Notes under the pieces: model-generated
What the model was told of the DNA's origin: nothing
Database searches by the model: none
The model's input: the letters and a program-made list of their open reading frames with translations, nothing else
NCBI RefSeq assembly: GCF_000734015.1
Contig: NZ_CP008796.1
Coordinates: forward strand, 570,001-602,000
DNA length: 32,000 bases
DNA from: Thermodesulfobacterium commune DSM 2178
GTDB lineage: Bacteria; Desulfobacterota; Thermodesulfobacteria; Thermodesulfobacteriales; Thermodesulfobacteriaceae
Direction: 5' to 3'
Shown here: one piece after another, positions 17,788 to 27,512 of the stretch
Position numbering within the stretch: position 1 is the first letter of the stretch
Layout: each line of letters begins with the position of its first letter
Program-made: the position numbers and the translations under genes

Positions 17788-19596
17788 CTAAAATTTTTCA
17801 AACAGAGAATAAGTTTTTATTTTCGATTTTTTCACCAAGCTCTGATACCATTCTTTAAACCAATTATCTCTTTTTTGAGTTAGAAGAACCGAAGATGCCT
17901 GTTGAATTTCTGCATCTTCAATCGTGCCGTTAAACTCTTTAATGCTTTTTATGGCAAAAATTTTAAGATCCCCTCTGTCCCACACGATATTGTCTATTAC
18001 TTTAGAAGAACCTGGGTTAGCAATCAACTGGGCTATGTTAGAAGAAAATTTTTGAGGAATCTCCATCCTGGTTAAACGATATTCTTTGGTCTGAAATCCT
18101 TCTTTTTCAAAAACTTCTTTAGTTATCTCTGTTTTTGATTTTAATTTTTCTAAAAGGGCTTTAGCTTTTTGCTCACACAACTCCTTTCCTTTACTATTAA
18201 GGTAGTCCTGCTTAACCTTTTCTTTTGCTTCAGCGAACTCTAAAGACCTTGCGGGTTTTTTATCAATAATTTCTAAGATCACAAACCCTTTAGAAGTTTC
18301 CAAAGGAGCAAAAAATTCTCTTTTAGGGGCTTCAAAAACCTTTTTGGCAAGTTGAAAATTTTGAAACTGGTCTAAAAATTCTTTTTTAGTTAACCAATTG
18401 GTTTCAAAAAGTTTAATTTTATTTTTTTCTGCCCATATTTTTAAATCGTTTTCTTTCATAACTTCAGAATAAATCTTGTTAGCCTTTTCCTGGGTAACCT
18501 TTCTTGTTTTTTCTGTTTTTAAAAATTTATAAATATCCTCTCTTACTTCCTCAAAGGAAGCTATTCCTTCTGGCTTGATAGCCTCAACTCCTATGATTAA
18601 ATATCCAGAAGAAACCTTAAAAGGTCCTAAAACCTGCCCTTCCTTGCTTTGTTTAAGTGCAGTTTTTATTTCTTCTGACAATACCCCTTCTTCTACCCAT
18701 TTAGCAGGAACCTTAAGGTCCTTGGCATGTTTTGTTTCTTCTATGATTTTTTGAGCTTTTTTTAAGGAAGTATCATCTGTGGCTTCAACCAACAAAGTTT
18801 TAATCTTAGCACTAAAAGGCCTCTTAAAACGATCTAAATTTTGTTCATAAAACCTTTTAAGCTCAGCCTCTGTTACTTCTGAAGAAGTGTCATAAGGAAT
18901 AAAAAGATAAGCCAGCTTAATCTTTTCTTCTTCTTTATAAATATCTCTATGGGTAAGATAATAATTTTCCAAGTCTTTTTCTGTATGATTAATCTTTTCT
19001 ATACAAGCTTTAAGGGGTAAAATACCTTCTAACAACTCAATTTCCTGTTTTGCAAACCTCAAATAATCTTTAACTTCTTCTTCTGAAACCACAATAGGAG
19101 TTGTCAAAAGAAGTTTTAATCGTTGTTGCAAAATGTCATAATAAACAAGTTTTTCAAAAAACTTTGGGGTAGTACCTAACTCTCTTAATACCATCTGATA
19201 TTTTTGGGGATTAAACCTTCCGTTTTCTTGGAAAGATGGAATTTGAGCTATGCTAAGGCTCACTTCTTCTGGTAAAATCTTGAGACCTATTTTATTAGCA
19301 TAATCTTCTAAGAGTTTTAGTTTGATAAGTTCATCAAGGACTTCTTTTTTTAGATTAAGTTTTTTAAGGTCTTCTTCGCTAATTTCACCAAAGGTTTGCT
19401 TTAAACGAAACAACTGAAAGTTGTAAAACTCTTGAAATTCTTTGCCTGTGATAGAAATCCCGTTTACTTTAGCAACGAGGTCTTTTTCTGAAGTAACGAA
19501 ACTTCCGATACCCCAAAAGACAAAAACAATAATAATTACCGCTAAAAAGATCTTAGCAAAAACTGAAGTAGCGCCTTTTCTTAAAAAATCAAACAT
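17788..19596 (-). CDS. PpiD/SurA-like periplasmic chaperone (peptidyl-prolyl isomerase family), membrane-anchored, 602 aa
   Basis: The N-terminus MFDFLRKGATSVFAKIFLAVIIIVFVFWGIG is typical of PpiD (cytoplasmic tail plus a single TM helix). It is followed by a SurA_N-like region and degenerate parvulin-like segments (GPFKVSSGYLIIGV, SKGFVILEIIDKKP). Confidence 0.75.
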   Translation of the reverse strand: MFDFLRKGATSVFAKIFLAVIIIVFVFWGIGSFVTSEKDLVAKVNGISITGKEFQEFYNFQLFRLKQTFGEISEEDLKKLNLKKEVLDELIKLKLLEDYANKIGLKILPEEVSLSIAQIPSFQENGRFNPQKYQMVLRELGTTPKFFEKLVYYDILQQRLKLLLTTPIVVSEEEVKDYLRFAKQEIELLEGILPLKACIEKINHTEKDLENYYLTHRDIYKEEEKIKLAYLFIPYDTSSEVTEAELKRFYEQNLDRFKRPFSAKIKTLLVEATDDTSLKKAQKIIEETKHAKDLKVPAKWVEEGVLSEEIKTALKQSKEGQVLGPFKVSSGYLIIGVEAIKPEGIASFEEVREDIYKFLKTEKTRKVTQEKANKIYSEVMKENDLKIWAEKNKIKLFETNWLTKKEFLDQFQNFQLAKKVFEAPKREFFAPLETSKGFVILEIIDKKPARSLEFAEAKEKVKQDYLNSKGKELCEQKAKALLEKLKSKTEITKEVFEKEGFQTKEYRLTRMEIPQKFSSNIAQLIANPGSSKVIDNIVWDRGDLKIFAIKSIKEFNGTIEDAEIQQASSVLLTQKRDNWFKEWYQSLVKKSKIKTYSLFEKF

Positions 19597-19620
19597 AAAA
19601 CACCTTGTAAAGTTTTTATA

Positions 19621-19648
19621 AATATACCAAAATTTTTTGAATTGTCAA
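19621..19648 (-). promoter_or_regulatory. Extended -10 promoter for the PpiD-like gene
   Basis: On the minus strand, TTGACA (19648-19643), a 16-nt spacer ending in TGG, then TATATT (19626-19621). It lies ~25 nt upstream of the ATG, which has the SD AAGGTG. Confidence 0.5.
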
Positions 19649-19710
19649 AAAATTTTTAGTTTAAAAAACATAAGCTAAAAAGCATATAAAGTAAACTTTA
19701 ACGATAGCAA

Positions 19711-19741
19711 ATTTGAAAAATGAGTACCAATATGATTGGTA
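19711..19741 (-). terminator. Weak terminator-like hairpin downstream of tRNA-Ala
   Basis: Minus strand reads TACCAAT-CAT-ATTGGTA (7-bp stem, only 2 G-C pairs), then CTCATTTTTCAAATTT. It lies about 70 nt after the tRNA 3' end. Confidence 0.25.
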
Positions 19742-19809
19742 ACAATCAAGAAACCAAGAAGAATTAGAAACAAGATAGGAAAATACAATAAAAGATATTT
19801 TCTACCTAA

Positions 19810-19883
19810 TGGAGATGAGGGGATTCGAACCCCCGACCTCCGGAGTGCGATTCCGGCGCTCTCCCAGGCTGAGCTACATCCCC
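19810..19883 (-). tRNA. tRNA-Ala, anticodon CGC
   Basis: A 74-nt cloverleaf read on the minus strand: GGGGATG-TA-GCTC-AGCCTGGGA-GAGC-G-CCGGA-ATCGCAC-TCCGG-AGGTC-GGGGG-TTCGAAT-CCCCT-CATCTCC-A. The G3:U70 alanine identity pair is present. The T-loop is GTTCGAATC. CCA is not encoded. Confidence 0.95.
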
Positions 19884-19893
19884 TCTTAATATT

Positions 19894-20175
19894 TTAATGG
19901 GTGGTAGCTTTGTTTTTGGCTGATTCGAACTTTTTAAAAAGTTTAGAGATTTTATTAGCAGCCTTTTTCCAATGGAAAATGCCTTTAGAAACCCCTTTAT
20001 GAAGCAAACTTTGGACGATTCTTAATTGAGCTTCAGCTTTTTCTAGGTCATGAGCGTTTAAATAATTTAAAAACTTTTTAATCTCTGTTTTCACCCTGCT
20101 TTTAAAAGCTCGATTTCTTAACCTTCTTTTTTCGCTCTGTCTTAACGCTTTTTTGGCAGACTTGTGATGTGGCAC
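19894..20175 (-). CDS. rpsT: 30S ribosomal protein S20
   Basis: MPHHKSAKKALRQSEKRRLRNRAFKSRVKTEIKKF is the canonical S20 N-terminus. The GTG start has the SD GGGAGGG upstream. 93 aa. Confidence 0.93.
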   Translation of the reverse strand: MPHHKSAKKALRQSEKRRLRNRAFKSRVKTEIKKFLNYLNAHDLEKAEAQLRIVQSLLHKGVSKGIFHWKKAANKISKLFKKFESAKNKATTH

Positions 20176-20260
20176 TTTGCTACCCTCCCTTTCCTTTGTT
20201 TAGTTTTGGATTAAAATTTATAGTAAGTTATAGTTTTGTCAAGGTTTAACTAAAAACTTT

Positions 20261-20269
20261 TGCTAAAAT
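20261..20269 (+). promoter_or_regulatory. Possible extended -10 element (TGcTAAAAT) 6 nt upstream of the ATG at 20276
   Basis: TGCTAAAAT, then tatatc, then ATG. No SD is present. The spacing would put the transcription start at or next to the start codon. Confidence 0.3.
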
Positions 20270-20275
20270 TATATC

Positions 20276-21376
20276 ATGAAAACCGATGGCAAAGATAAAA
20301 TTCATCCTTTTCTTTCTTCTCTCATTTTTTCTTTAATTATACATATTTCTCTATTCCTCGGTATGTTTGCTCTACCGACCTTTAAACATTTCTTAATATC
20401 TTACACAGAAGATTTTTTAGACTTAAACTTAAAAAAAATAGAAACTATATCTCAACCCTCAAAAATCATCTCAAAAAAAGAAACCTCTCAAGAATCTGAA
20501 ACGAAAAACCTTAAAGAAGAGGTTCCATCTTCTGGACCTCAACCTTTTAATAAAGACAACTCCCAACCTTCAGAACAGCCTTCTACTCAACCTGATATCG
20601 ATACACCTAAAACGGTTTCAGAAACAGAGAACATCCCTCAAGAAAAAAAAGATACCTTAACCGAAAAAGCAGAGCTTTGGAAAGCTTCTGAAAAAACAAA
20701 AGCTTCTGAACCGACATTGTCTAAGGATATCGTAAGTTTACCTAAAAAACTTGTATATGAAATTTTTTACGGACCTTTTAAGCTGGGAGAAACGATAATA
20801 TTGATAGAAAATTCAAAATATTCAGCCATAGTTTACACCACAGGCTTGGGTAATGTAGTTTATCCCTATTATGCTAAATGGGAAACCTGGTTAGATGACC
20901 AAGGAAATCCTTTTAAAACCAACATCTATTCAAAAGACAAAGAAAAGGAAAGAAAAAAATCCATATTTTTTGATAAAGAAAGACAAGTAGTAAATATAAA
21001 AAAAGGAAATATAGAAAAAAATTCAGGGGAAACTTTAAATGTAACCTACCCTATCTACGATGAACTTACATCTTTTATAAATTCGTGGTTGGTTGACTAT
21101 CTAAACCAACCTAAAGTAGAATTTCCTGTCTATGTAAAAGAAAACAGAAGGTTTGTCAAAATAGCCTTAAGTAAAGAAACCTCGTGCATGTATGAAGGTA
21201 AAGAGGAACCCTGTTTAGAGCTTAACATAACACTTCCAGAAACCAGTGAACTTTTAAGCAGAAACAGAAAGGTTACCGTGTATCTACTTAAAAAAGAAAA
21301 ATATCCTATAGAAATAAGGGGGAAACTCCCCCTTATAGGTAGCTTAACCGGAAAACTTAAAGAAGTGGTAAAATAA
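20276..21376 (+). CDS. Membrane-anchored hypothetical protein: TonB/TolA-like N-terminal anchor, P/S/E/K-rich spacer and a DUF3108-like C-terminal domain, 366 aa
   Basis: The N-terminal helix is FLSSLIFSLIIHISLFLGMFALP, with an S-x3-H spacing as in TonB anchors. Residues ~60-150 are low-complexity (SQESETKNLKEEVPSSGPQPFNKDNSQPSEQPSTQPD). The C-terminal ~200 aa (YEIFYGPFKLGETIILIE...YPIYDELTSFINSWLVDY) resemble DUF3108 as I remember it. Confidence 0.6.
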   Translation: MKTDGKDKIHPFLSSLIFSLIIHISLFLGMFALPTFKHFLISYTEDFLDLNLKKIETISQPSKIISKKETSQESETKNLKEEVPSSGPQPFNKDNSQPSEQPSTQPDIDTPKTVSETENIPQEKKDTLTEKAELWKASEKTKASEPTLSKDIVSLPKKLVYEIFYGPFKLGETIILIENSKYSAIVYTTGLGNVVYPYYAKWETWLDDQGNPFKTNIYSKDKEKERKKSIFFDKERQVVNIKKGNIEKNSGETLNVTYPIYDELTSFINSWLVDYLNQPKVEFPVYVKENRRFVKIALSKETSCMYEGKEEPCLELNITLPETSELLSRNRKVTVYLLKKEKYPIEIRGKLPLIGSLTGKLKEVVK

Positions 21377-21377
21377 T

Positions 21378-22784
21378 CTAAAAACTATTTTCAAAAATAT
21401 AAGCTAACGCCTTCTTAATACGATAAATAGTTTTTTCTCTACCTAAAACCCTTATGATTTCAAAAAGTCCGGGGCTAACGGTTTTTCCGGTAAGGGCTAT
21501 TCTTATGGCCTGGGCTATGTCTTTTAGTTTAAAACCGTGGGTTTCAGCCAAATTTCGAAAATAATCCTCTAAAACCTTATCTTCTAAAGTTAACGTTTTT
21601 AAATCTTCGCAGACCTTTTCTAATACCGGAGCTATCTGAGGTGTGAGAAACTTCTTTGCACCATTTGGATCATAAATAACCTCTTCTATGAGATAAAAAT
21701 CCATCATTTCTGCAAGTTCTACTAAAGTTTTCCCCCTTGTTTTTACGGTCTCGATAGCCTCTAACAAATATTCTTCGGAAAATTGATCAAGACTATATTT
21801 CTTAGATAGAAAAGGTTTAAGATTTTCAAGCAAAAACCGGTTATCGCTATTTTTTATCCAGTAGGCATTAACCGCTAAAAGTTTGTCTGGGTCAAAACGC
21901 GCAGGAGATAGGTTTACGTCTTTTATGTCAAATTTCTCTATAAGTTCTTCTACAGTAAAATATTCCTGATCTCCAAAACCCCAACCAAGTCTTGCCAAAT
22001 AGTTTATTAAAGCATTAGGTAAGAAACCTGCCTCTTTGTATTCAAGGATGGATTTAGCCCCATGTCTTTTTGAAAGTTTAGTCCCATCAGGGCCAAGGAC
22101 CATAGGAATATGGGCAAATTTAGGAGGTTCAACTCCAAGGGCTTCATAGATAATCAACTGCTTTGGGGTATTAGAAATATGATCATCTCCTCTTATTACA
22201 TGGGTTATCCCCATAGTGATATCATCAATCACCACCGCAAACTGATAAGTAGGGGTCCCATCTGAACGTAAAATCACAAAGTCATCCACCTCTTCGGCAG
22301 GGAAAACAATCTTACCTCTTAAAAGGTCTTCAAAGACGATTTCACCAAATTCTGGGGCCTTAATCCTTAAAGCTCTCCCTTCCCCTGGACCTAAATTTTT
22401 ATTTCGGCAGGTTTTGTCATACTTTGGTTTTTGGCCGTTTTCAAGCATTTTTTTCTTTTTTTCTTCTAAAACCTCTTTGGGGCATTCACAGTAATACGCC
22501 TTCCCTTCTTCAAAAAGCCTTTGAGCATATTGTTTATAAAGACCAATCCTTTGACTCTGAAAATAAGGACCTTCATCCCAGTCAAGACCTAACCATTTTA
22601 AGGCCTCTAAGATAGAAACAACATATTCTTCTTTAGACCTTTCTCTATCTGTATCTTCTAATCTTAGTACAAACTTCCCTTGGTGATGCCTTGCATAAAG
22701 CCAGTTAAAAAGTGCAGTCCTTGCTCCCCCTAAATGTAGATGTCCTGTTGGACTCGGTGGGAAACGTGTAACTATTTCAGCCAT
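21378..22784 (-). CDS. gltX: Glutamyl-tRNA synthetase
   Basis: HIGH-type motif PSPTGHLHLGGARTA, KMSKS-type motif KLSKRHG and a Cys cluster CECP...CRN. 468 aa. Confidence 0.96.
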   Translation of the reverse strand: MAEIVTRFPPSPTGHLHLGGARTALFNWLYARHHQGKFVLRLEDTDRERSKEEYVVSILEALKWLGLDWDEGPYFQSQRIGLYKQYAQRLFEEGKAYYCECPKEVLEEKKKKMLENGQKPKYDKTCRNKNLGPGEGRALRIKAPEFGEIVFEDLLRGKIVFPAEEVDDFVILRSDGTPTYQFAVVIDDITMGITHVIRGDDHISNTPKQLIIYEALGVEPPKFAHIPMVLGPDGTKLSKRHGAKSILEYKEAGFLPNALINYLARLGWGFGDQEYFTVEELIEKFDIKDVNLSPARFDPDKLLAVNAYWIKNSDNRFLLENLKPFLSKKYSLDQFSEEYLLEAIETVKTRGKTLVELAEMMDFYLIEEVIYDPNGAKKFLTPQIAPVLEKVCEDLKTLTLEDKVLEDYFRNLAETHGFKLKDIAQAIRIALTGKTVSPGLFEIIRVLGREKTIYRIKKALAYIFENSF

Positions 22785-22811
22785 TAACAGTCCCCCTTTA
22801 GAAAAATTTGA

Positions 22812-23618
22812 TTAATATAAAATTATCCCTCCGTAACCTACTACTGAGGAATAATCTCTGATTATATCTCCAGAGGTGGCATAAGCAATAAGTTCTCCAT
22901 GAGTGGCTCCGAGCTCTTTACAAGCAACTATGGCTATTGCTACCGGGATGACTCCACACATAGATATGTTGTTTTCTTTTACCGTCCTTATAAGAGCTTC
23001 TTCAGATAACGATAAGATTTCGTTTATAGCCAAAGAATCTTTATGTTTGGCTGTGCCATGGGGCACATAATGACTAAAATCTGAGCTTGCTACGATCAAA
23101 ATTTTCTTTTCTGGAAAAAGCTGTATGGTTTTAGCCAACGCCTCTCCAACTTCTCTTATTTCCTTAAGTGAAATCCATCTTAAACAAATCGCTACGATTT
23201 CTATCCCAGGGTTTAGATACTGTAAAAAAGGTACCTGAACTTCTATAGAATGTTCATGGGCATGGGCTAGAAGGTCTTCTGAGACCAAAGGACAAAGCTC
23301 TAACAAACGAGAAACAAAGGTTTTATTTACTTTAGCCTCTCCTAAAGGGGTGATAAAGGAGGTTCCGTTAAAGATAGCGATTGGTTTCCCCATACCTGTA
23401 TGATTAGGACCAAGGATAACAGCAATATCAGGAGGGATTATCTTACCATAAACAGCCCCTGCAACCGCACCTGAGTAAAAATATCCTGCATGAGGAACCA
23501 CTATCCCTTTAGCAGATATCTTGGGTTCTGAAAACTTTATCAGTTCGGCAAGATGTGCTTTTAATTCTTTAGGGTTATTACTATAAAAATATCCTGCTAC
23601 TGCGGGTTCTCTTTTCAT
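22812..23618 (-). CDS. Memo-like protein (AmmeMemoRadiSam system protein B family)
   Basis: The N-terminus is REPAVAGYFYSNNPKEL. Also present are VVPHAGYFYSG, GPNHTG and SSDFSHY. 268 aa. The start overlaps the kdsB stop by 4 nt. Confidence 0.85.
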   Translation of the reverse strand: MKREPAVAGYFYSNNPKELKAHLAELIKFSEPKISAKGIVVPHAGYFYSGAVAGAVYGKIIPPDIAVILGPNHTGMGKPIAIFNGTSFITPLGEAKVNKTFVSRLLELCPLVSEDLLAHAHEHSIEVQVPFLQYLNPGIEIVAICLRWISLKEIREVGEALAKTIQLFPEKKILIVASSDFSHYVPHGTAKHKDSLAINEILSLSEEALIRTVKENNISMCGVIPVAIAIVACKELGATHGELIAYATSGDIIRDYSSVVGYGGIILY

Positions 23619-24358
23619 AACGATATCCCTCTTAGTTTTGTAAGTTTTGTAAGTTTTTCTAAATCTTCTGGAGTGTCTACTTCAGGTACATCTTCGGGCA
23701 CTATGTTTACAGCTATTTTATACCCGTGTTCAAGGGCTCTTAATTGCTCTAACTTTTCTGTGAATTCGAGGCTTCCTGGATGAAGTTTAACAAAAAGGTC
23801 CAAAAATTCCTTTGTATAGGCATAAACACCAATATGTTTTAGGTATAAAGGAGGTTCTCCTGGAGGTCTAAAGTAAGGAATAAGGCTTCTTGAAAAATAG
23901 AGAGCATAGCCTTTACGATCTAAAACCACTTTAACTTTATTAGGGTTATAGAGATCTTCTTCAGTTTTTATAGGAGTAGCGAGGGTAGCCATTTTAGCCT
24001 TTCCAGAGAGCAAAGGCTCTATCAAAAGTTGAAAATATTCTGAAGGAAAAAAAGGCTGGTCTCCTTGAAGATTGACTACTATATCTTCTGGAGATAGTCC
24101 GAGAAGTTCAGTAGCTTCAGCTACTCGATCTGTACCACAGATATGAGTCTTAGCGGTCATCAAAGCCTTGCCTCCAAACCTTAAAACCTCCTTAAAAATC
24201 CTTTCGTCATCAGTAGCTACCCATATTTCTTTTATTTTTGAACTTAAAGCCCTTTCATAAACATGTTGTATCATTGGTTTTCCATTTATTAGGATCAAAG
24301 GTTTTCCTGGAAACCGTGTAGAACCATAGCGTGCCGGGATGATGATAACCTGTCTCAT
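23615..24358 (-). CDS. kdsB: 3-deoxy-manno-octulosonate cytidylyltransferase (CMP-KDO synthetase)
   Basis: IIIPARYGSTRFPGKPL, GKPMIQHVYERA, ATDDERI, GTDRVAEA and NLQGDQPF. 247 aa. Confidence 0.93.
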   Translation of the reverse strand: MRQVIIIPARYGSTRFPGKPLILINGKPMIQHVYERALSSKIKEIWVATDDERIFKEVLRFGGKALMTAKTHICGTDRVAEATELLGLSPEDIVVNLQGDQPFFPSEYFQLLIEPLLSGKAKMATLATPIKTEEDLYNPNKVKVVLDRKGYALYFSRSLIPYFRPPGEPPLYLKHIGVYAYTKEFLDLFVKLHPGSLEFTEKLEQLRALEHGYKIAVNIVPEDVPEVDTPEDLEKLTKLTKLRGISL

Positions 24359-24510
24359 GTCTTATAATATTAATCTAAATTTATAAAAATAAAAGAAGGA
24401 CTTGAATTTTCGTGCTTTGATATTAAACTTAAGTCATCTTTTATAATATAATTAAATTGGTTAACTTTAACCTTAGCCAAAAGTATCTTTAAACTTAAAC
24501 AGGGGTTATT

Positions 24511-27177
24511 ATGACAAAAAGGATTAAACTTACCGAACTAGCAGAAGAGCTTCATATAGAACCTAAAGAGTTAGTTAAAAAACTTAAAGCCGAAGGTTTT
24601 CCGGTTAAAACTACTCTTTCCTCTTTGTCGGAGGAAGACGCCGAAAAGGTAAGAAATCTTTATGGTAAAAAACACGAAATAATCGTGTTTAGAAAAGAGG
24701 AGATTGAAGAAAAAAACAAAGAAGAAATTACACCAGAAGAACCTAAAGTAGAAAGTGTAGAGCCACCTCTGGAACAACCCAAAAAGAAAAAGCTTGTCTT
24801 AAAAAAGAAAAAAATATCAGAAGAGCTTAAAGTCGAAGAGAAACTTAAACTAGAAGAAACCATATCAGAAACCAAAGAGGAGAAACCTTCTTTTATAGAA
24901 GAGCCTTCTACAGAAAAAGGTGATAAGGTTTCCTTAGAGGTTGAAGCTTTAAAAGAGGAAAAAGTAGAAAGTTTTGAAACATCTATTCAAGAAGTTTCTC
25001 GGTTTGAACTTTCTCAAACTGAAACGCCCCTTACAGAGCCTTCTCAACCAAAAACTGCTCAACCCTCTTATGAGAAAAGGGTTGTTACTGAGTTTAAGCC
25101 AAGAAAAGAAAGAGGTTTTAAAGGTAAAGAACAACCAGTGGTTTCTCCTCCCAAAGAAGAAATTGTCTTACCTGAAGAACCAAAGATAGGAGAAAAAGAA
25201 GATTTTAAAAAGAAGAAAAAGGAAAAAGATTTTAGAGAAGAAAAGAAAAAAGCAAAGAAAAAAAGCGCTTTTGGTAAAAGAGAAAAAGAGAGGATTGACG
25301 AGTTCTTTATAGAAGAGGAGCCAACAACCCTTTTTGAGGAAAAACTTGAAGTAGAATTAGTAAAACCTAAGGAAAAAGACAAAAAAGAAAGAGTTTCTGA
25401 CAGACCACCTACTTTACCTCCTAAAGAAAGAAAAATAAAAATTTTTGAAACGATTCAAGTTAGCGAACTTGCTAAAATGATGGGGGTTAAAGTTAGCGAG
25501 CTCATCAAGAAGGCTTTACAGATGGGCATGCCTGTTACCGCTAATCAGTCTATAGATGCAGATATAGCGGCCATACTGGCTGATGAATTTGGATATCAGA
25601 TAGAAAGGGCTCCTATCGAGGAAGAAATTCTTTTACAGTATATTCCACCTTCACCAGAAGAGCTAAAACCTCGTCCTCCGGTTATCACGGTTATGGGGCA
25701 TGTAGACCATGGAAAAACTACTCTTTTAGACGCTATCAGAAAGACTGATGTGGCCAGCAAAGAAGCCGGAGGAATTACTCAGCATATTGGTGCTTATACG
25801 GTAAAATTAGAGGATGGAAGAACTCTCACCTTTATAGACACACCGGGACATGAGGCCTTTACCTCGATGAGAGCAAGGGGAGCTCAGGTTACAGATATAG
25901 TAATTTTGGTAGTAGCTGCGGATGATGGAGTGATGGAGCAAACCAAAGAAGCTATAGAACATGCTAAAGCAGCCAAAGTTCCTATAGTGGTAGCTATCAA
26001 TAAAATAGATAAACCCGAAGCTAACCCTGAAAGAGTTAAATCTCAGTTAGCTGAATTAGGGTTGATTCCCGAAGAATGGGGTGGCGATACTTTAATGGCT
26101 AACATTTCAGCAAGAAACAAGATAGGTATCAACGAGTTGTTAGAGCTGGTGCTTCTCCAAGCTGAAATGTTAGAGCTCAAGGCTGCCTATGATAGACCTG
26201 CAAGAGGAAGGATTATAGAAAGTAAATTAGATAAAGGAAGAGGACCGGTAGCTACGGTGCTTGTTCAAGAGGGAACCCTCAAAGAAGGGGATATTTTTGT
26301 AGCCGGGCTTACCTATGGAAGAGTAAGAGCAATGTTTGATAGCTATGGGAAAAGGGTTAAAGAAGTTACTCCTTCTATGCCTGTAGAGGTCTTAGGTTTT
26401 GAAGAGTTACCTCAGGCTGGGGATGACTTTATAGTTCTAGACAGTGAAGAAAAAGCAAAAAAGATAGCAGAATATAGACAAAGAAAGGCAAGAGAAGCTG
26501 AAACAGCTAAAGAAGCCAAAATTTCTCTTGAAAAGCTTTTTGAAAAACTAAAAGAAGGTGAGCTTAAAGAATTAAACATAGTTTTAAAAGCCGACACCCA
26601 AGGTACTTTAGAAGCCTTACAAGCCTCTTTACTTAAACTCTCTACTGATAAAGTAAAGGTTAACATCATCCGTGCAGGCATAGGGGCTATTTCTGAAAGT
26701 GATGTAATGTTAGCCTCAGCCTCAAATGCTATTGTCATCGGTTTTAACGTAAAACCCAGCTCTCAAGCACGAGATTTAGCTAAAAAAGAACGAGTAGATA
26801 TTAAGTTTTATGATGTGATATATCAGCTTACTGATGATGTAAAGAAAGCAATGGCTGGATTACTTGAACCTGAAATCGTAGAAGAAATAAAGGGTTTAGC
26901 AGAAGTAAGAGCTATCTTTAAGATACCTAAGGTAGGGGTTGTTGCTGGTTGTTATGTCAAAGAAGGAGTTATCAACAGGAACTACAATGTAAGGGTAATA
27001 AGAGACGGGGTTGTGGTTTATACAGGTAAAATAGCCTCTCTTAGAAGATTCAAGGAAGATGTCAAAGAGGTAGCTGCTGGTTATGAGTGCGGGGTTAGAA
27101 TAGAAGGTTTTAATGATATAAAGGAAGGAGATCTTCTGGAAACCTTTGAGTTGAAAAAGGTTTCTCAGGAGCTTTAA
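24511..27177 (+). CDS. infB: Translation initiation factor IF-2
   Basis: The N-terminal IF2_N helix is [20 protein letters not shown]. It is followed by a long K/E-rich spacer, then the G domain ([21 protein letters not shown]) and the C-terminal domains. 888 aa. SD is AGGGG. Confidence 0.97.
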   Translation: MTKRIKLTELAEELHIEPKELVKKLKAEGFPVKTTLSSLSEEDAEKVRNLYGKKHEIIVFRKEEIEEKNKEEITPEEPKVESVEPPLEQPKKKKLVLKKKKISEELKVEEKLKLEETISETKEEKPSFIEEPSTEKGDKVSLEVEALKEEKVESFETSIQEVSRFELSQTETPLTEPSQPKTAQPSYEKRVVTEFKPRKERGFKGKEQPVVSPPKEEIVLPEEPKIGEKEDFKKKKKEKDFREEKKKAKKKSAFGKREKERIDEFFIEEEPTTLFEEKLEVELVKPKEKDKKERVSDRPPTLPPKERKIKIFETIQVSELAKMMGVKVSELIKKALQMGMPVTANQSIDADIAAILADEFGYQIERAPIEEEILLQYIPPSPEELKPRPPVITVMGHVDHGKTTLLDAIRKTDVASKEAGGITQHIGAYTVKLEDGRTLTFIDTPGHEAFTSMRARGAQVTDIVILVVAADDGVMEQTKEAIEHAKAAKVPIVVAINKIDKPEANPERVKSQLAELGLIPEEWGGDTLMANISARNKIGINELLELVLLQAEMLELKAAYDRPARGRIIESKLDKGRGPVATVLVQEGTLKEGDIFVAGLTYGRVRAMFDSYGKRVKEVTPSMPVEVLGFEELPQAGDDFIVLDSEEKAKKIAEYRQRKAREAETAKEAKISLEKLFEKLKEGELKELNIVLKADTQGTLEALQASLLKLSTDKVKVNIIRAGIGAISESDVMLASASNAIVIGFNVKPSSQARDLAKKERVDIKFYDVIYQLTDDVKKAMAGLLEPEIVEEIKGLAEVRAIFKIPKVGVVAGCYVKEGVINRNYNVRVIRDGVVVYTGKIASLRRFKEDVKEVAAGYECGVRIEGFNDIKEGDLLETFELKKVSQEL

Positions 27178-27210
27178 CTAGTAACTAGTTAAATTAAAAG
27201 GGTTTTCTAA

Positions 27211-27501
27211 ATGGTAGTTGGAATAGCAAAAATAGAACTTTTTATTCCTGAACCTAATTCTTTAAAAGCCAAGAGGCAAGTATTAAAGGCCTTAACTCAA
27301 AAGATAGAATCTAGGTTCAGAAAGGTGTCTTTGGCCGAGGTAGACGAGCATGACCTCTGGCAAAAAGCTGTTTTAGGGTTAAGTGTAGTAGGAAAAGACC
27401 AAAAATTAGTTGATAGTAAAATAAATGACATCCTTACTTTTATTCAAAAAGATGGTAGGTTAGAAATTATAAAAGCTGAGATAGATTTCATTAACTATTA
27501 A
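27211..27501 (+). CDS. DUF503 (YlxP-like) protein
   Basis: MVVGIAKIELFIPEPNSLKAKRQVLKAL...VSLAEVDEHDLWQKAVLG is the typical DUF503 pattern. The gene has the conserved position between infB and rbfA. Confidence 0.85.
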   Translation: MVVGIAKIELFIPEPNSLKAKRQVLKALTQKIESRFRKVSLAEVDEHDLWQKAVLGLSVVGKDQKLVDSKINDILTFIQKDGRLEIIKAEIDFINY

Positions 27502-27512
27502 GGTTTAAACCA

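Noticed and set aside
19720-19767. 15-codon plus-strand ORF (MSTNMIGNNQETKKN) in the PpiD-like gene/tRNA intergenic region
   Set aside because: It has no SD or promoter. The palindrome it contains is better explained as a weak minus-strand terminator hairpin.
24571-25450. Repetitive A/G-rich DNA (aaagaaaaag-type runs) with five overlapping ORFs on both strands; checked as a possible repeat array or CRISPR-like region
   Set aside because: It is the K/E-rich low-complexity spacer of IF-2. There are no regularly spaced identical repeats, and the reading frame of infB is continuous through it.
26412-26738. 108-aa ORF antisense to infB, plus similar antisense ORFs at 22424-22615 (in gltX) and 28681-29004 (in nrnA/truB)
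   Set aside because: They are embedded opposite conserved genes, with no signals.
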